A DNA stretch of 64,000 bases from NCBI RefSeq assembly GCF_000017185.1, contig NC_009635.1, forward strand, positions 248,563 through 312,562, in the 5' to 3' direction. Positions 1 through 10,329 of the stretch are shown here, piece by piece (positions within the stretch are counted from its first letter, which is position 1; every line of letters begins with the position of its first letter). Source of the DNA: Methanococcus aeolicus Nankai-3 (GTDB lineage Archaea > AGJL01 > Methanococci > Methanococcales > Methanococcaceae). Position numbers and translations under genes: made by a program. Under the pieces are notes generated by a model that was not told the DNA's origin, did not search any database, and saw only the letters and a list, made by a program, of their open reading frames with translations.

Positions 1-242
1 TCTTTTTTATGCCCTTCTGAAAATTCATCTGTTATAAAATTAAAATTGGGGTCTAATCTATCCTCCCAATCGGGCAAAAAATATTTTAATTTATTATTCA
101 TAGTAAATACCACAAGTATATTGTATATTAATTTAATTACAATTATTGTCAGAAAATTTAATTTTCTCTTATATCAAAACGAAGAGTGGATTTCATTTCA
201 AGTTTTTCATTCTCTCCGCTTAAAATTAATTCTTTAATTTCA

Positions 243-1901
243 TCATGTTTTTTTATCTTCTCTATGTTTTAGTTCAATTCTACTTTTTAACTCGGTGAAA
301 ATAGCATTTGCTCTCTTCTCTAAAAATACAGGGTAATCATCATTCATAATTCCAAAATCATCTAAATCATTTATAAGGTGTGATTTTAATGAATTTGGCA
401 AATCATCATTTTTATCTAAAAAACCTTGAATATAAACTGATGGTGCATTAGCACCAATCTTTCTTTTATTTAAATCCGCTCCAACTAGAGCAATATTTAC
501 AAGGCTATTTTCGTTATCAATATTATTTTTCTTTAAATATGCTTTCGGGAAAAAATGATGATAATTTTTACTATTCGCAACTTTTAACCATGAGTTATCT
601 AAAATAACTTTCCCATTATCTTGAAAATCTTTTGGCTCGTGGTATGCCAATAAACATAAAATAGCCTTACAATAACTACTTCCCGCACTGAAATTTGTTT
701 CGATTAAATCTTTTGGAGAACTTAAATGAACTTTTACCTCATCGTAGTTTGGTCTATTCCCTTTTAAAATTTCATCAATTCTTTTAATATCTTGAGCCAG
801 TTTAGATTCTGTTGAACTTGAATACCTAAATGATAGCGATATTCTCCAAAAGAATTCTTCTAAATATTTTTGTTGTTCTCCTTGTGGCCTTTCTTTCTGG
901 AAATAAAAGAAGTATGCAAAAGGAACTAATAACGAGTCATAAGGTAAAAATGCAGAAACAGGAATACGATAAACTGAACGGAAATAATCAATACTTTCTT
1001 TTAGTGCTGAAATTACATCATCCCAAATATCAATAATTTTCTGTCTGTCCAGTTGTAAAATTACGTTTCTTTTACATTCTTTGTTTTTACTTAAAATAAG
1101 TCCAAGAATACTAAGAATTACGGAACTTGAAATTGTATCATATTTACTTTGGGATAATTCTTCCAATAATGTTTTGAATCTGTCTTCCATATCAAACTTT
1201 TGTTTTTCGTCATAAGTTTTTGCGGACATAATTTCAAAAAGAGTAAGAGTCTGTCCGCCCGTATTAATTCTTGTAAACACTTCTACTGCAGAATCAATAC
1301 CCTCTTTACGAAGAACAATAGTTGAAAAGTCATAGGTTGAAAAAGTTTGAGAATATTGATGTATTTTCTTGAAATGATCATCGGAGTATTTTTCTTTTAT
1401 TTTAAGTAAATTATCATTAAAATTTAATACTTCGTTAAGTGTTATAAAGGATGTTTCTTCAGGTTCTTCTGAAATGACAATTTGATTATCATTATCTTCG
1501 ATGTCCCCATCTAAATTTACATAAATTTCTCCGTAATCAGTAATTTTCTTTTCTCCTTCTTTTTGAATTTTAGCGCCCAAGAAAGCAGCATAAAGAGAAG
1601 TAATTCTTTGTTGCCCATCTAAAACATATTGAATTTTAGTGTCGTCGTCAGGAACAGGTGGAAGTTCAAGATTACCAATGTTTTTGATATTATTTAATCT
1701 TTCGTTTGTTTCCCACAAAATAAAAGTACCTATTGGATAACCTTTCAAAATACTATCCAATAATTTTGCAGTTCTATCCAAACTCCAAACAAAATTTCTT
1801 TGAAATTTAGGGACTTTAATTTGCCCGTTTTGAATTTCTGATATTAAATCAGTGTATTTCTTTGAATCTGGTTTTGGTTGCTTGCCCATAGTATTCCTCA
1901 T
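243..1901 (-). CDS. GmrSD-like type IV restriction / DUF262 (ParB-like nuclease) N-terminal and DUF1524 (His-Me finger) C-terminal protein
   Basis: 552-aa ORF. N-terminal 'VLDGQQRITSLY' is the DUF262 DGQQR hallmark. C-terminal region 'HHFFPKAY...LVNIALVGADLNKRK' resembles the DUF1524 HNH-like motif. Contains no GGAGCTCC copies, although the motif is abundant elsewhere in the window. Confidence 0.6.
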   Translation of the reverse strand: MRNTMGKQPKPDSKKYTDLISEIQNGQIKVPKFQRNFVWSLDRTAKLLDSILKGYPIGTFILWETNERLNNIKNIGNLELPPVPDDDTKIQYVLDGQQRITSLYAAFLGAKIQKEGEKKITDYGEIYVNLDGDIEDNDNQIVISEEPEETSFITLNEVLNFNDNLLKIKEKYSDDHFKKIHQYSQTFSTYDFSTIVLRKEGIDSAVEVFTRINTGGQTLTLFEIMSAKTYDEKQKFDMEDRFKTLLEELSQSKYDTISSSVILSILGLILSKNKECKRNVILQLDRQKIIDIWDDVISALKESIDYFRSVYRIPVSAFLPYDSLLVPFAYFFYFQKERPQGEQQKYLEEFFWRISLSFRYSSSTESKLAQDIKRIDEILKGNRPNYDEVKVHLSSPKDLIETNFSAGSSYCKAILCLLAYHEPKDFQDNGKVILDNSWLKVANSKNYHHFFPKAYLKKNNIDNENSLVNIALVGADLNKRKIGANAPSVYIQGFLDKNDDLPNSLKSHLINDLDDFGIMNDDYPVFLEKRANAIFTELKSRIELKHREDKKT

Positions 1902-2208
1902 TTAATATTAAAAGTTATATTTAGCATATAAGTTTTGTTCTTTTTTTAATTTATAAATCATCGTTTTCGGAATGGAGTGGAGAAAACACAATATTATCCC
2001 CTCTTTTGTTTTAGGAAAAATCAAATTTTCAAATTTTCCAGTCCTTATTTTAAAAATCTCTCTGCAAATTATTAAATTGTTAAAAAAATGATTGCACATA
2101 ACGGTTAGGAGATGTGTGAAGTTTACGACCGTAGGGAGCAAATTTGAGCGTAGCCGAAGGCAAAGCTATTAATTTTATTTTATATTTTTATTATATAGTA
2201 ATTTAAAT

Positions 2209-3129
2209 TTATAAAGGTTTCAATGGATACTTTTTTTTACAGACAGGACAGCCCCACCGTAAATCACAAATACTACATGTTTCTTTATCTGCTGGTTTGT
2301 CTATGTTCCAATTTCCTAATTCTTTACATTTTTCAATTTCTTTAACTGTGTTTGAGAAATTTTCCATAGCTTCCTTTATTTTTTTAATATTTTTTTCATC
2401 TTTAAAATCAATAATATATTTTGGTTTTGGTGATTTTATTCTATTGAGCTCATTTACAAAATATAAAATACATTTTGAAGGATACCTTCCTGTCTGTTGT
2501 TTAAGGAGCTCCCCATAAATAAGCATTTGATATTCATATTTTTTAAGTTTATCTTCATCTTTTGATGGAAATAGCATTCCTTTATAATCCCAAATTTCGA
2601 ATTCTCCGTCCTCATTTTTTGCGATTACATCCATTACACCATATAACAAATAATCTCCCATATCTGCCTGTAATCTTACCTCCGTATCAATAATTTTAGG
2701 ATAAAGGTGTTTTCCCTCAATTTTATTAAATTTTTTTAGGAGCTCCTTTACTTGGGATATTAATTTATTATTTTCTTTACTTATTGGAATTATGCCCCTT
2801 GATTTTAATGTTTCGTTTGCTTTATTGAGGAGCTCCTCAACATCTGCTTCTGTTGGTAGCGGGTCTTTTTCAGTCAATCCCCCTTTTATAAGTTTTATAT
2901 TGTGTAAGTATCTTCTATGAAGCATACTTAAAACTTGGTGAATTAAATCACCATGCCATGCCTGAGTTTTTTGGGTGCTGGAAAATCCTTTTACAGTATT
3001 AAATCCATACTGTCTTTTGCATAGTTGATATGATAGTATATCTGCTGTAATACTGTATCTTTGCTTTATTTTTTCCTTTTCTTCCTTTTTCTTTATTTTT
3101 AAGGATTTATAGGAATTTAATTCCATCAT
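2209..3129 (-). CDS. Cas4/RecB-family PD-(D/E)XK nuclease with C-terminal Cys cluster (DUF83-like)
   Basis: 306 aa. 'VMDVIAKNEDGEFEIWDYKG' fits D...ExK; 'YQMLIY' resembles QxxxY; C-terminal 'CSICDLRWGCPVC' plus an N-terminal Cys is consistent with 4Fe-4S ligands of Cas4/AddB-type nucleases. Lies immediately downstream of the helicase gene. Confidence 0.55.
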   Translation of the reverse strand: MMELNSYKSLKIKKKEEKEKIKQRYSITADILSYQLCKRQYGFNTVKGFSSTQKTQAWHGDLIHQVLSMLHRRYLHNIKLIKGGLTEKDPLPTEADVEELLNKANETLKSRGIIPISKENNKLISQVKELLKKFNKIEGKHLYPKIIDTEVRLQADMGDYLLYGVMDVIAKNEDGEFEIWDYKGMLFPSKDEDKLKKYEYQMLIYGELLKQQTGRYPSKCILYFVNELNRIKSPKPKYIIDFKDEKNIKKIKEAMENFSNTVKEIEKCKELGNWNIDKPADKETCSICDLRWGCPVCKKKYPLKPL

Positions 3130-3146
3130 ATTAATTCCCCATTTTT

Positions 3147-5402
3147 TTAATTAATTTTATTTATATTATTCTTAAAATACGAAGTATTTTTAATATATAT
3201 TTTTAAATTATTTGGGTGTTCTTTTATAAATCCATATAATTTATGGTTATTTTTTTTGTCTATTATATCAGATGTCCATAAATGTATAAGCCCATATTGA
3301 GCCCGAGAGTATGCCACATAATGAAATCTAATAATATCTTGAAATGTTTTTTTTCGTGGTATTGTGGATATTCTCTTAAAATCCGTAAATTCTGCAAATT
3401 CTCGTTCTAATATTGCCCCGTCATTTGCTTTATTCTGCCATTTTTGGAGATATACAAACACAAACGGAAATTCTAAACCTTTTGCCTGATGCACCGTCAT
3501 TATAGGAACTTTTCCTTCTGGAATAGTTATTTCCTCGTCCTCAATATCGTCAATACCCCCTAAAAAGTGCCCCACCAATGAGCCGTAAAATTCTATTAAC
3601 CATTTTACATCAACTTTACCTTTGGTGTGCCCATCAATTGAAATACTTCCTTTGCTTATTAAATTTTCCGTGGGTATTGTAGAATAGCTATTAAATAAAT
3701 TTGTTAATTTTGCCAACCTATAACTTTTTTCCTCGTCATTTAGCCATTCCGTAAATGGATAACAGGCATATATTTTATAAAGTATATTTTCAATGGAAGA
3801 ATTAATAAAACTGCCCTCTTCCATAGTTTTTAGTTTTTCTACACTACTATCCACATATTTTTTCAATTCTGGATATTTATTTTTATTGTTTTGATATTCC
3901 TCATACCATTTTACAACTTCGTTGCTAATAGGTTGAGACCTTAAATTATTTTCTAAAACGCTTATGTCGGTATCAACAATAGATATAAACGCCCCCAACG
4001 CCAATTTTATTTCCTCTTGATTTAAAAAATTCTTTGACCGTGGATTATATATGTCAATTCCATTATTCAATAATTTTTGTCTAATATGCCCAATAAATGA
4101 ATCATTGCCATTATAATCAATTTCCCTTGTGCTTTTTATTAATATTACGCATTGGGAGTAATCCTCAATAATATCATTGTCTTTAAAATATTTTATAGTA
4201 TTTGCAACCTCTTCGGCTAATTTCTCATCGTCTTCTTTTTCAATATAATTTAAAGCTAAATAATTGTCAATTGTTTCTTTATCCATTTCTTTTTTTGCCA
4301 CTAATTGCGGTTTATCCTTTACTCTGGCTCGTTCCATTTCCACATCTTTTGTATATTTATATGAATTTATGTAGTCATCATAATATTTTACAATATCTGG
4401 GTGGGAACGATAATTTGATTTTAAAAATATTTTATTAATTTTATCTATGGGAATATTGAATTTTTCTACACAGGTTTTATCAAAATTTACCATACATTCT
4501 ACTGTTCCGCCCCTAAACCTATACATAGCTTGGTCATCATCGCCAACAACACATAAATTATTATTTTCAATTTGTTTTGCCATTTTGAAATATATTTCCT
4601 CTTGAATTGGATTTGTATCTTGGTATTCATCTACCATAATATGTTTTATTGGTGGATTATATCCCGAGCCACTTAAAAACAATTCGCCGTCTTCTGAGTT
4701 TAGAAAATCTATAAATTTTAATTGAATTGTTGAAAATGTGCACAATTTAAATCCTTCTAATTTTTCCAAATATTTTTCGCATTCCTCGGCTAATTTTTTA
4801 TGGTATATTTTGCCATTTTTCAATTTATCAATATTAACTTTATCTTCGATAATTCTATTAAATAAAGTGATGGTTGCACTGGTTAGCCGAGCTTTGTTTT
4901 TATAATCAATTATCTGACAGCATAAATCTTTATCATATCTACCTACTAAACATCTAAATTTAGTCCATATCTCTTTATATCTAGCTCCATATTTTGCAAT
5001 GGGACAGTAATTATATACAAATATATAATTTTCAATTTCATTTATTAGTTTGTAATTTTCGTAGTCTGTATATTTGTATTCCTTCATTATGTCATTGCAT
5101 AAACTATGAAGTGTGCCAACTCTTAAACTGTGTATTTCTATGGAGCTCCCTTTTAATTCTGGATATAAATCATATAATTTAGTTGAATATTTTATAATTC
5201 TATCAAATAGATTTTGTGATGCCTTTTTTGTAAATGTGGTCAAGATTATTGATTTAGGATTAACTCCATCTACAAATATTAGTTTTAGCGTTCTAACTAC
5301 CAGAACTTCTGTTTTACCAGAGCCCGGACCTGCTACTACCCACAGTGGATTATCTTTGTGATTTACACTATTTTTTTGCTCCTCATTAAATTTATATCCC
5401 AA
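3147..5402 (-). CDS. UvrD/Rep/PcrA-family superfamily 1 DNA helicase
   Basis: 751 aa with motifs I 'AGPGSGKT', II 'VDEYQDTN', III 'VGDDDQAMYRFRGG', IV 'NYRS', V 'HQAKGLEFP', VI 'YVAYSRAQ'. Confidence 0.85.
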   Translation of the reverse strand: MGYKFNEEQKNSVNHKDNPLWVVAGPGSGKTEVLVVRTLKLIFVDGVNPKSIILTTFTKKASQNLFDRIIKYSTKLYDLYPELKGSSIEIHSLRVGTLHSLCNDIMKEYKYTDYENYKLINEIENYIFVYNYCPIAKYGARYKEIWTKFRCLVGRYDKDLCCQIIDYKNKARLTSATITLFNRIIEDKVNIDKLKNGKIYHKKLAEECEKYLEKLEGFKLCTFSTIQLKFIDFLNSEDGELFLSGSGYNPPIKHIMVDEYQDTNPIQEEIYFKMAKQIENNNLCVVGDDDQAMYRFRGGTVECMVNFDKTCVEKFNIPIDKINKIFLKSNYRSHPDIVKYYDDYINSYKYTKDVEMERARVKDKPQLVAKKEMDKETIDNYLALNYIEKEDDEKLAEEVANTIKYFKDNDIIEDYSQCVILIKSTREIDYNGNDSFIGHIRQKLLNNGIDIYNPRSKNFLNQEEIKLALGAFISIVDTDISVLENNLRSQPISNEVVKWYEEYQNNKNKYPELKKYVDSSVEKLKTMEEGSFINSSIENILYKIYACYPFTEWLNDEEKSYRLAKLTNLFNSYSTIPTENLISKGSISIDGHTKGKVDVKWLIEFYGSLVGHFLGGIDDIEDEEITIPEGKVPIMTVHQAKGLEFPFVFVYLQKWQNKANDGAILEREFAEFTDFKRISTIPRKKTFQDIIRFHYVAYSRAQYGLIHLWTSDIIDKKNNHKLYGFIKEHPNNLKIYIKNTSYFKNNINKIN

Positions 5403-5486
5403 TATTGATTCAATACATTCCCAAAATTCATTTAATGATATTGTGATAATTATCCCCTCATTTTGTTCTTGTTTCGTTTATATTAT

Positions 5487-5936
5487 TTATTTATTTATTG
5501 AAATAAGCCAATTTTTAAGTTGTGATAATCTTTCCCCTATCATACCATGCCCAATTATTGCATTATTATTTTTTAATATCTCTTTTCCCCTGTCCCCTAG
5601 TGCCAATTCATAGGTTTTTCCCATTGTTATAAATATTTCATCATAATTGTTATTCTTTAACTCTTGTTTTAATTTTGTAATTACTTGATTTTGTAATTCT
5701 TTTGCTCTTTTGGGTGTCATTACTTCATCATAATAATCTATTATATGGTTTGAATTAATTAATCCATATTTTGCCGATAAAATTAAAATATTTAAATTGT
5801 TATTATTATTCTCTTTTAAATTAAAATTTTTTCTTAAAACTTTATAATACATACCATTGTATAAATCTATTGCAGGAATATTATATTTATGGTGTTTTGT
5901 CTTTGAGCAGGATAAAATTAATAAATAATTTTTCAT
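5487..5936 (-). CDS. hypothetical protein (149 aa), co-oriented with the helicase
   Basis: ORF with N-terminal 'LILSCSKTKHH' motif; no family recognised from sequence alone; 14-bp gap to the upstream kinase-like gene. Confidence 0.4.
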   Translation of the reverse strand: MKNYLLILSCSKTKHHKYNIPAIDLYNGMYYKVLRKNFNLKENNNNNLNILILSAKYGLINSNHIIDYYDEVMTPKRAKELQNQVITKLKQELKNNNYDEIFITMGKTYELALGDRGKEILKNNNAIIGHGMIGERLSQLKNWLISINK

Positions 5937-5950
5937 ACTTTCCCTTAATA

Positions 5951-6661
5951 TTATATTTTAAGTATGGTATTTTTATATATTTTTAGGAGCTCCCTTACTA
6001 CGACATAATCTTTTTCTGGAATATTTAATATTTCTTTTATTTTTTTTGAAGTATAACATTTGCCATAAAATAAAGATATAGCACCGGTAAAATTATGTGG
6101 CTTATTTTGTTTTTTTGCCTTATCAAAATCCAATAATTTTACAATGACATTGTTATTTTCCCTATTAATTATTATATGCTTCCCGCCTTGTATTTCTGTA
6201 TGGTCTATTTTGTGCAAATCTAATTTTAAACATTGTTTCATTGTTTGTCGTATAATTTGTAGGAGCTCCCTTTTATCAATATTATCCTGTTTCAAATAAT
6301 CCTTTAAATTAACTCCTTCTAGGAGCTCCATCATCAAAAAATTTTCAGAATAATTATAAACTATTGGGGCTACTCCAAATTTATTTGTTTCCATCATTAT
6401 TGTAGCTTCATTTATTATGGTATTTTTTGAATTAACTCTTGGGACTTTTAAAGCTATATGCTGATATTTAGTATTATCGTTATTATACCATAATCCTTTA
6501 AAAACTACTCCTCTGTGCCCCTTTCCAATAAAATCTAATAATTTTATATTCTGGTTTTTTGTGGTTTCTTTTAGGAGCTCCCAATCTACCAAATTATGAA
6601 TTATGGGGTGTTTTTTAAATTCTTCAATCTTTAAATTATTAAAATCATTAAAATTATTCAT
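5951..6661 (-). CDS. atypical protein-kinase-like protein (RIO/Bud32-like fold)
   Basis: 236 aa. Gly-rich loop 'IGKGHRGVVFKG', beta3 lysine 'IALKV', hinge 'MMELLEG', 'LDLHKIDH...N' catalytic-loop-like region, and 'LLDFDKAK' resembling a DFG-type metal-binding motif. Contains 4 GGAGCTCC copies in 711 bp. Confidence 0.45.
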   Translation of the reverse strand: MNNFNDFNNLKIEEFKKHPIIHNLVDWELLKETTKNQNIKLLDFIGKGHRGVVFKGLWYNNDNTKYQHIALKVPRVNSKNTIINEATIMMETNKFGVAPIVYNYSENFLMMELLEGVNLKDYLKQDNIDKRELLQIIRQTMKQCLKLDLHKIDHTEIQGGKHIIINRENNNVIVKLLDFDKAKKQNKPHNFTGAISLFYGKCYTSKKIKEILNIPEKDYVVVRELLKIYKNTILKI

Positions 6662-6720
6662 AATTCACCATAACTACTAAAATTAAATATAAAAATAAAC
6701 TTAAATAAATTATTTAATAA

Positions 6721-6933
6721 TTAAAATATAAATTTCAATGCAACATATAATAATATTATAAATAAAACTCCAGCAATTGCCAATTTAAAAGCTGTTTTTA
6801 TTGCGGATATTGCTACTTTTATTATTATAATTAATATCAATATTGCCACAATTGCTGTAATTATATCTTCTATCATATTTACCCTCCCCGGTTCTTTTTT
6901 GAAGTCTAAACCGTGCTTCGCACGGTATCTCAA
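6721..6933 (-). CDS. small hydrophobic membrane protein (70 aa)
   Basis: Two predicted TM helices; ORF only. Confidence 0.3.
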   Translation of the reverse strand: MRYRAKHGLDFKKEPGRVNMIEDIITAIVAILILIIIIKVAISAIKTAFKLAIAGVLFIILLYVALKFIF

Positions 6934-7030
6934 AATTTTCTGGAAATTAAAACTCTAAAAAATATTATAATATTTGAAATTAAAATAATAAAATACAATA
7001 TATAAAATATATAATACAAAATATAAAAAA

Positions 7031-9970
7031 TTATTCAATATAAATAGCAACTTTATTTGGAATTGCAAATCTCTTTTTATTTCCAATGTCTTCCCCATTC
7101 ACAATTATTTTACATTGGAATTCATTTTCAAGGAATTGTTTTGCATCATTTAATATGTTCTCTTCGTCTATTGGGTTAGAAATTCCATTTTTAACTATTT
7201 CATTTATTAATTTTGGAATTTCTTTTCCATATCTTCTTAATTCTGCATTTTTCATAATCAATGGCATCATTTTATTAACGGGAGCTCCTTTATTTTCCAT
7301 CATAATTTTTAAAACTTCAAATTTCCAGTCATCAGCAGTATATAAATAAATAGTTTTTGGGGCGATATTTGCTATATTTATTATATTTCTTATATCGTCC
7401 ATTGTGTTTTTTATGAATTCTTCCCCCAATTCACAATTTTCATTTATATAACTATTATCTAGTTGCGGGAATGTTTCATTTGATATATAATTATTATTTT
7501 TATTATATCCAAACATCTCCCAAATTTCTTCGCATAAATGGGGTGTAATTGGTGCCAATACCTTTGTCCATATTTCAACAACATATTTTAATAGCTGGTT
7601 GTTATTTCCTCCTCTTCTTTTATACCACTTCAAATTATGAGTTAAACCATAAAATAAAGTTCCTATTTTTCTAAGCTGGAATTCATTATATGATTCATTT
7701 ATTATTTTTAAATCAGAATGAACTTTATGCAATAGCCATTTATCAATGGTGGATAATTCTGTTATTGTTTTTTCTGTATCCTTTAACTCTGTTGCCAATT
7801 CATAAAATCTAATTAAATTATCCCTTGCATGTTCCATTTCTTTAAATTTAACATCTGCATCGTGGGGGAGCTCCGCACATGTTGTAATGTAAAACCTACC
7901 TACATCAGGACCATAATTTGTTGCAACCTCCTCAATAGGAAGAACAGGACCTTTTGATTTAGACAATTTTTTACCTTCAATAGTTACATAGCCATTTACA
8001 ACAATTCCCTTTGGGTAGTATTTTTCATCATCAAATAAAGCCACATGGTTAAATATCATAAATGTTAAATGATTTGGAACAAGGTCTTTTGCCGAACATC
8101 TCCAATCAAGCGGATAATAATATTCAAATTCATTTCTCATTTCATTTATTAACTCAACAGGTATTTTTGTATTATTGGATATTTCGTTTATATCTCCTTT
8201 TCCATAATATACATAGTCAAACAACTCTGGAATAAGTTGTTCTGGCAATATATTGTTGGTATTTATTGTTTTTGCCACTGTATAATATGCCATATATAGA
8301 GTACTATCTGAAAGACTTTCAATAACCCAATCTTTATCAAATGGAAACCTTGTTCCAAGTCCTTTTTTCCTTGCACAGGCTTTATCCTTCATCCAATCAA
8401 TTTTATTGTGGAAATCCATCCTTATAGTTTCAGGCACAAAATTCATTTTATCTACCCAATTATGTGCCTTTTTTTTCCATTCTAAATCAGAATATGTAAT
8501 AAACCATTGCCCTTTAACAGTTTTTACAATACATTTTTCACCGCATCTACATACCACTTCTGGAATGGAAAATTCTTGAAGTGTTTCGGCCATATTGTTA
8601 TTTATAAAATCACTTGCTAACTTGTCTTTAATGTCCCTTACGGCAATTCCCTCATATTCTCCACAATTTTCATTTAATATCCCCTTGTGAAATTCCTGTT
8701 TATAAATTGTATGTGTGGCATCCTCTAATTTTTCGTCCTTTTGGTTTGTTATGCCCATTTTTTCTACAATTTCCTTTGCAGGATATTTTCCATATCCATC
8801 TATTTTTATAAGGGATATTAATTCATCATCAGTTAATTCTTTATTAATGCTACTGTAGTAATCCCTAAGTGCTACAAAATCCTTTGGAGCATGTGCTGGA
8901 ACACTCATTACACAGCCTGTTCCCATTTCGGAGCTCACAAAATCAGCAGGATATAGTGGAACCTCCTTATTATTTACTGGATTTATTACAATTTTTCCTA
9001 CCAATTCCTCTCCCTTTATTTCTTTTATTAATTCTACTGTTCTATCTTGATTTTTAAGTTTATCTGAGGCTTCTTTACTTACTATCCAAATGCCATTATA
9101 TTTTAACGATATTTCGTCGCTACCTTCCTCTTGGCTTTGCACTTCATCATAAACCTTTATTATGTGGTATGTATCATTTGGATTTATCCAAGCATTGACT
9201 ACTCCATATATTGTTTCTGGTCTAAGTGTGGCCATTGGGATTATACATTCATATTCTTTATCTTCGCCGTCTATTTCGATATTTAATTTTGTTTTAAATT
9301 TCAACAATATATATTCTTGAAGTGTTGCCTCCTCCCCCTTTAATAAATCGTGGTCTTCCACAGGATTATCACAACTTGGGCAATATCTAACAGGGTGCGA
9401 ACCTTTTACTATTAAATTTTTCTCTTTTAATTTTAAAAATTGCCATTCTACAAATTTTTTAAATGTTTCGTCATCTGTTTTAAAGTTCCTTCTCCAATCA
9501 AGAGCAAATCCCATTTTTTTAAATGATTCCGTAGCCTTTTTTGAAAAATAATTTACTATATTTTCTGGTGTTGTGAGTGTTTGGAGCTCCCCCATAGGAA
9601 TATTATGAAGTTTGTTGTATGCCCAAATAGTTTCTGGTGCCTGTTTTTTTAGGAGCTCCGCCAATCCAATAATTGGGGTTCCACTAACATGAAAACCAAA
9701 AGTCCATAATACTGTTTTATTATTCATTCTTTGGTATCTTGCCGTTATTTCGGGAATTGTAAAAGTTCTTAAATGTCCAGCATGGAGCACTCCATTTAAA
9801 TAAGGAAATGCTGCTGTAATAAAAAATTTATCTTTTTTTTCTTGTTCCGTATATTTTAATTTAGATGGATTTTCAAATATTTTATCTTCTTCCCATCTTT
9901 TTTGCCATTTTTCCGCAATCTTAACAAAATCAACGCTCATGTTATCAGTCCCTATATTTTTATAGTTCAT
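7031..9970 (-). CDS. leuS: leucyl-tRNA synthetase
   Basis: 979 aa; HIGH motif 'LHAGHLRTF', KMSKS motif 'KLSKSKG'; archaeal LeuRS length. Confidence 0.9.
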   Translation of the reverse strand: MNYKNIGTDNMSVDFVKIAEKWQKRWEEDKIFENPSKLKYTEQEKKDKFFITAAFPYLNGVLHAGHLRTFTIPEITARYQRMNNKTVLWTFGFHVSGTPIIGLAELLKKQAPETIWAYNKLHNIPMGELQTLTTPENIVNYFSKKATESFKKMGFALDWRRNFKTDDETFKKFVEWQFLKLKEKNLIVKGSHPVRYCPSCDNPVEDHDLLKGEEATLQEYILLKFKTKLNIEIDGEDKEYECIIPMATLRPETIYGVVNAWINPNDTYHIIKVYDEVQSQEEGSDEISLKYNGIWIVSKEASDKLKNQDRTVELIKEIKGEELVGKIVINPVNNKEVPLYPADFVSSEMGTGCVMSVPAHAPKDFVALRDYYSSINKELTDDELISLIKIDGYGKYPAKEIVEKMGITNQKDEKLEDATHTIYKQEFHKGILNENCGEYEGIAVRDIKDKLASDFINNNMAETLQEFSIPEVVCRCGEKCIVKTVKGQWFITYSDLEWKKKAHNWVDKMNFVPETIRMDFHNKIDWMKDKACARKKGLGTRFPFDKDWVIESLSDSTLYMAYYTVAKTINTNNILPEQLIPELFDYVYYGKGDINEISNNTKIPVELINEMRNEFEYYYPLDWRCSAKDLVPNHLTFMIFNHVALFDDEKYYPKGIVVNGYVTIEGKKLSKSKGPVLPIEEVATNYGPDVGRFYITTCAELPHDADVKFKEMEHARDNLIRFYELATELKDTEKTITELSTIDKWLLHKVHSDLKIINESYNEFQLRKIGTLFYGLTHNLKWYKRRGGNNNQLLKYVVEIWTKVLAPITPHLCEEIWEMFGYNKNNNYISNETFPQLDNSYINENCELGEEFIKNTMDDIRNIINIANIAPKTIYLYTADDWKFEVLKIMMENKGAPVNKMMPLIMKNAELRRYGKEIPKLINEIVKNGISNPIDEENILNDAKQFLENEFQCKIIVNGEDIGNKKRFAIPNKVAIYIE

Positions 9971-10329
9971 TATAATTATATTGTTTCGTCATAATATGAT
10001 ATATAATATTATAGATTATATTTTATAATATTTTATATAATTCTTGTATAATTTATATTTTAAATATATTTTAACTTATATTTTTACAAAATATGCATAT
10101 TTATCAAATAATATAAATAATAGATGTTATTACTTTTATAAATAATATAACTTGCTCAAAAACCTATTTAATAATAGCAATAGTTATAATAATAGTATAC
10201 TATCATTATAATAATACTATAACAATATCAAGATAATTATGATTATAACAATTATAAAATAATTATTATCATAATATTAAATATTTTTTTAATATGCAGT
10301 TAATTAAACTATACGCATAAAACGGTGAA

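Noticed and set aside
46-237. 63-aa plus-strand ORF at the window start
   Set aside because: Lies in AT-rich DNA downstream of the GmrSD-like gene with a low-complexity translation; no support.
1908-2141. 77-aa ORF between the Cas4-like and GmrSD-like genes
   Set aside because: AT-rich intergenic read-through frame; no motif, no RBS-like context; likely promoter or terminator space.
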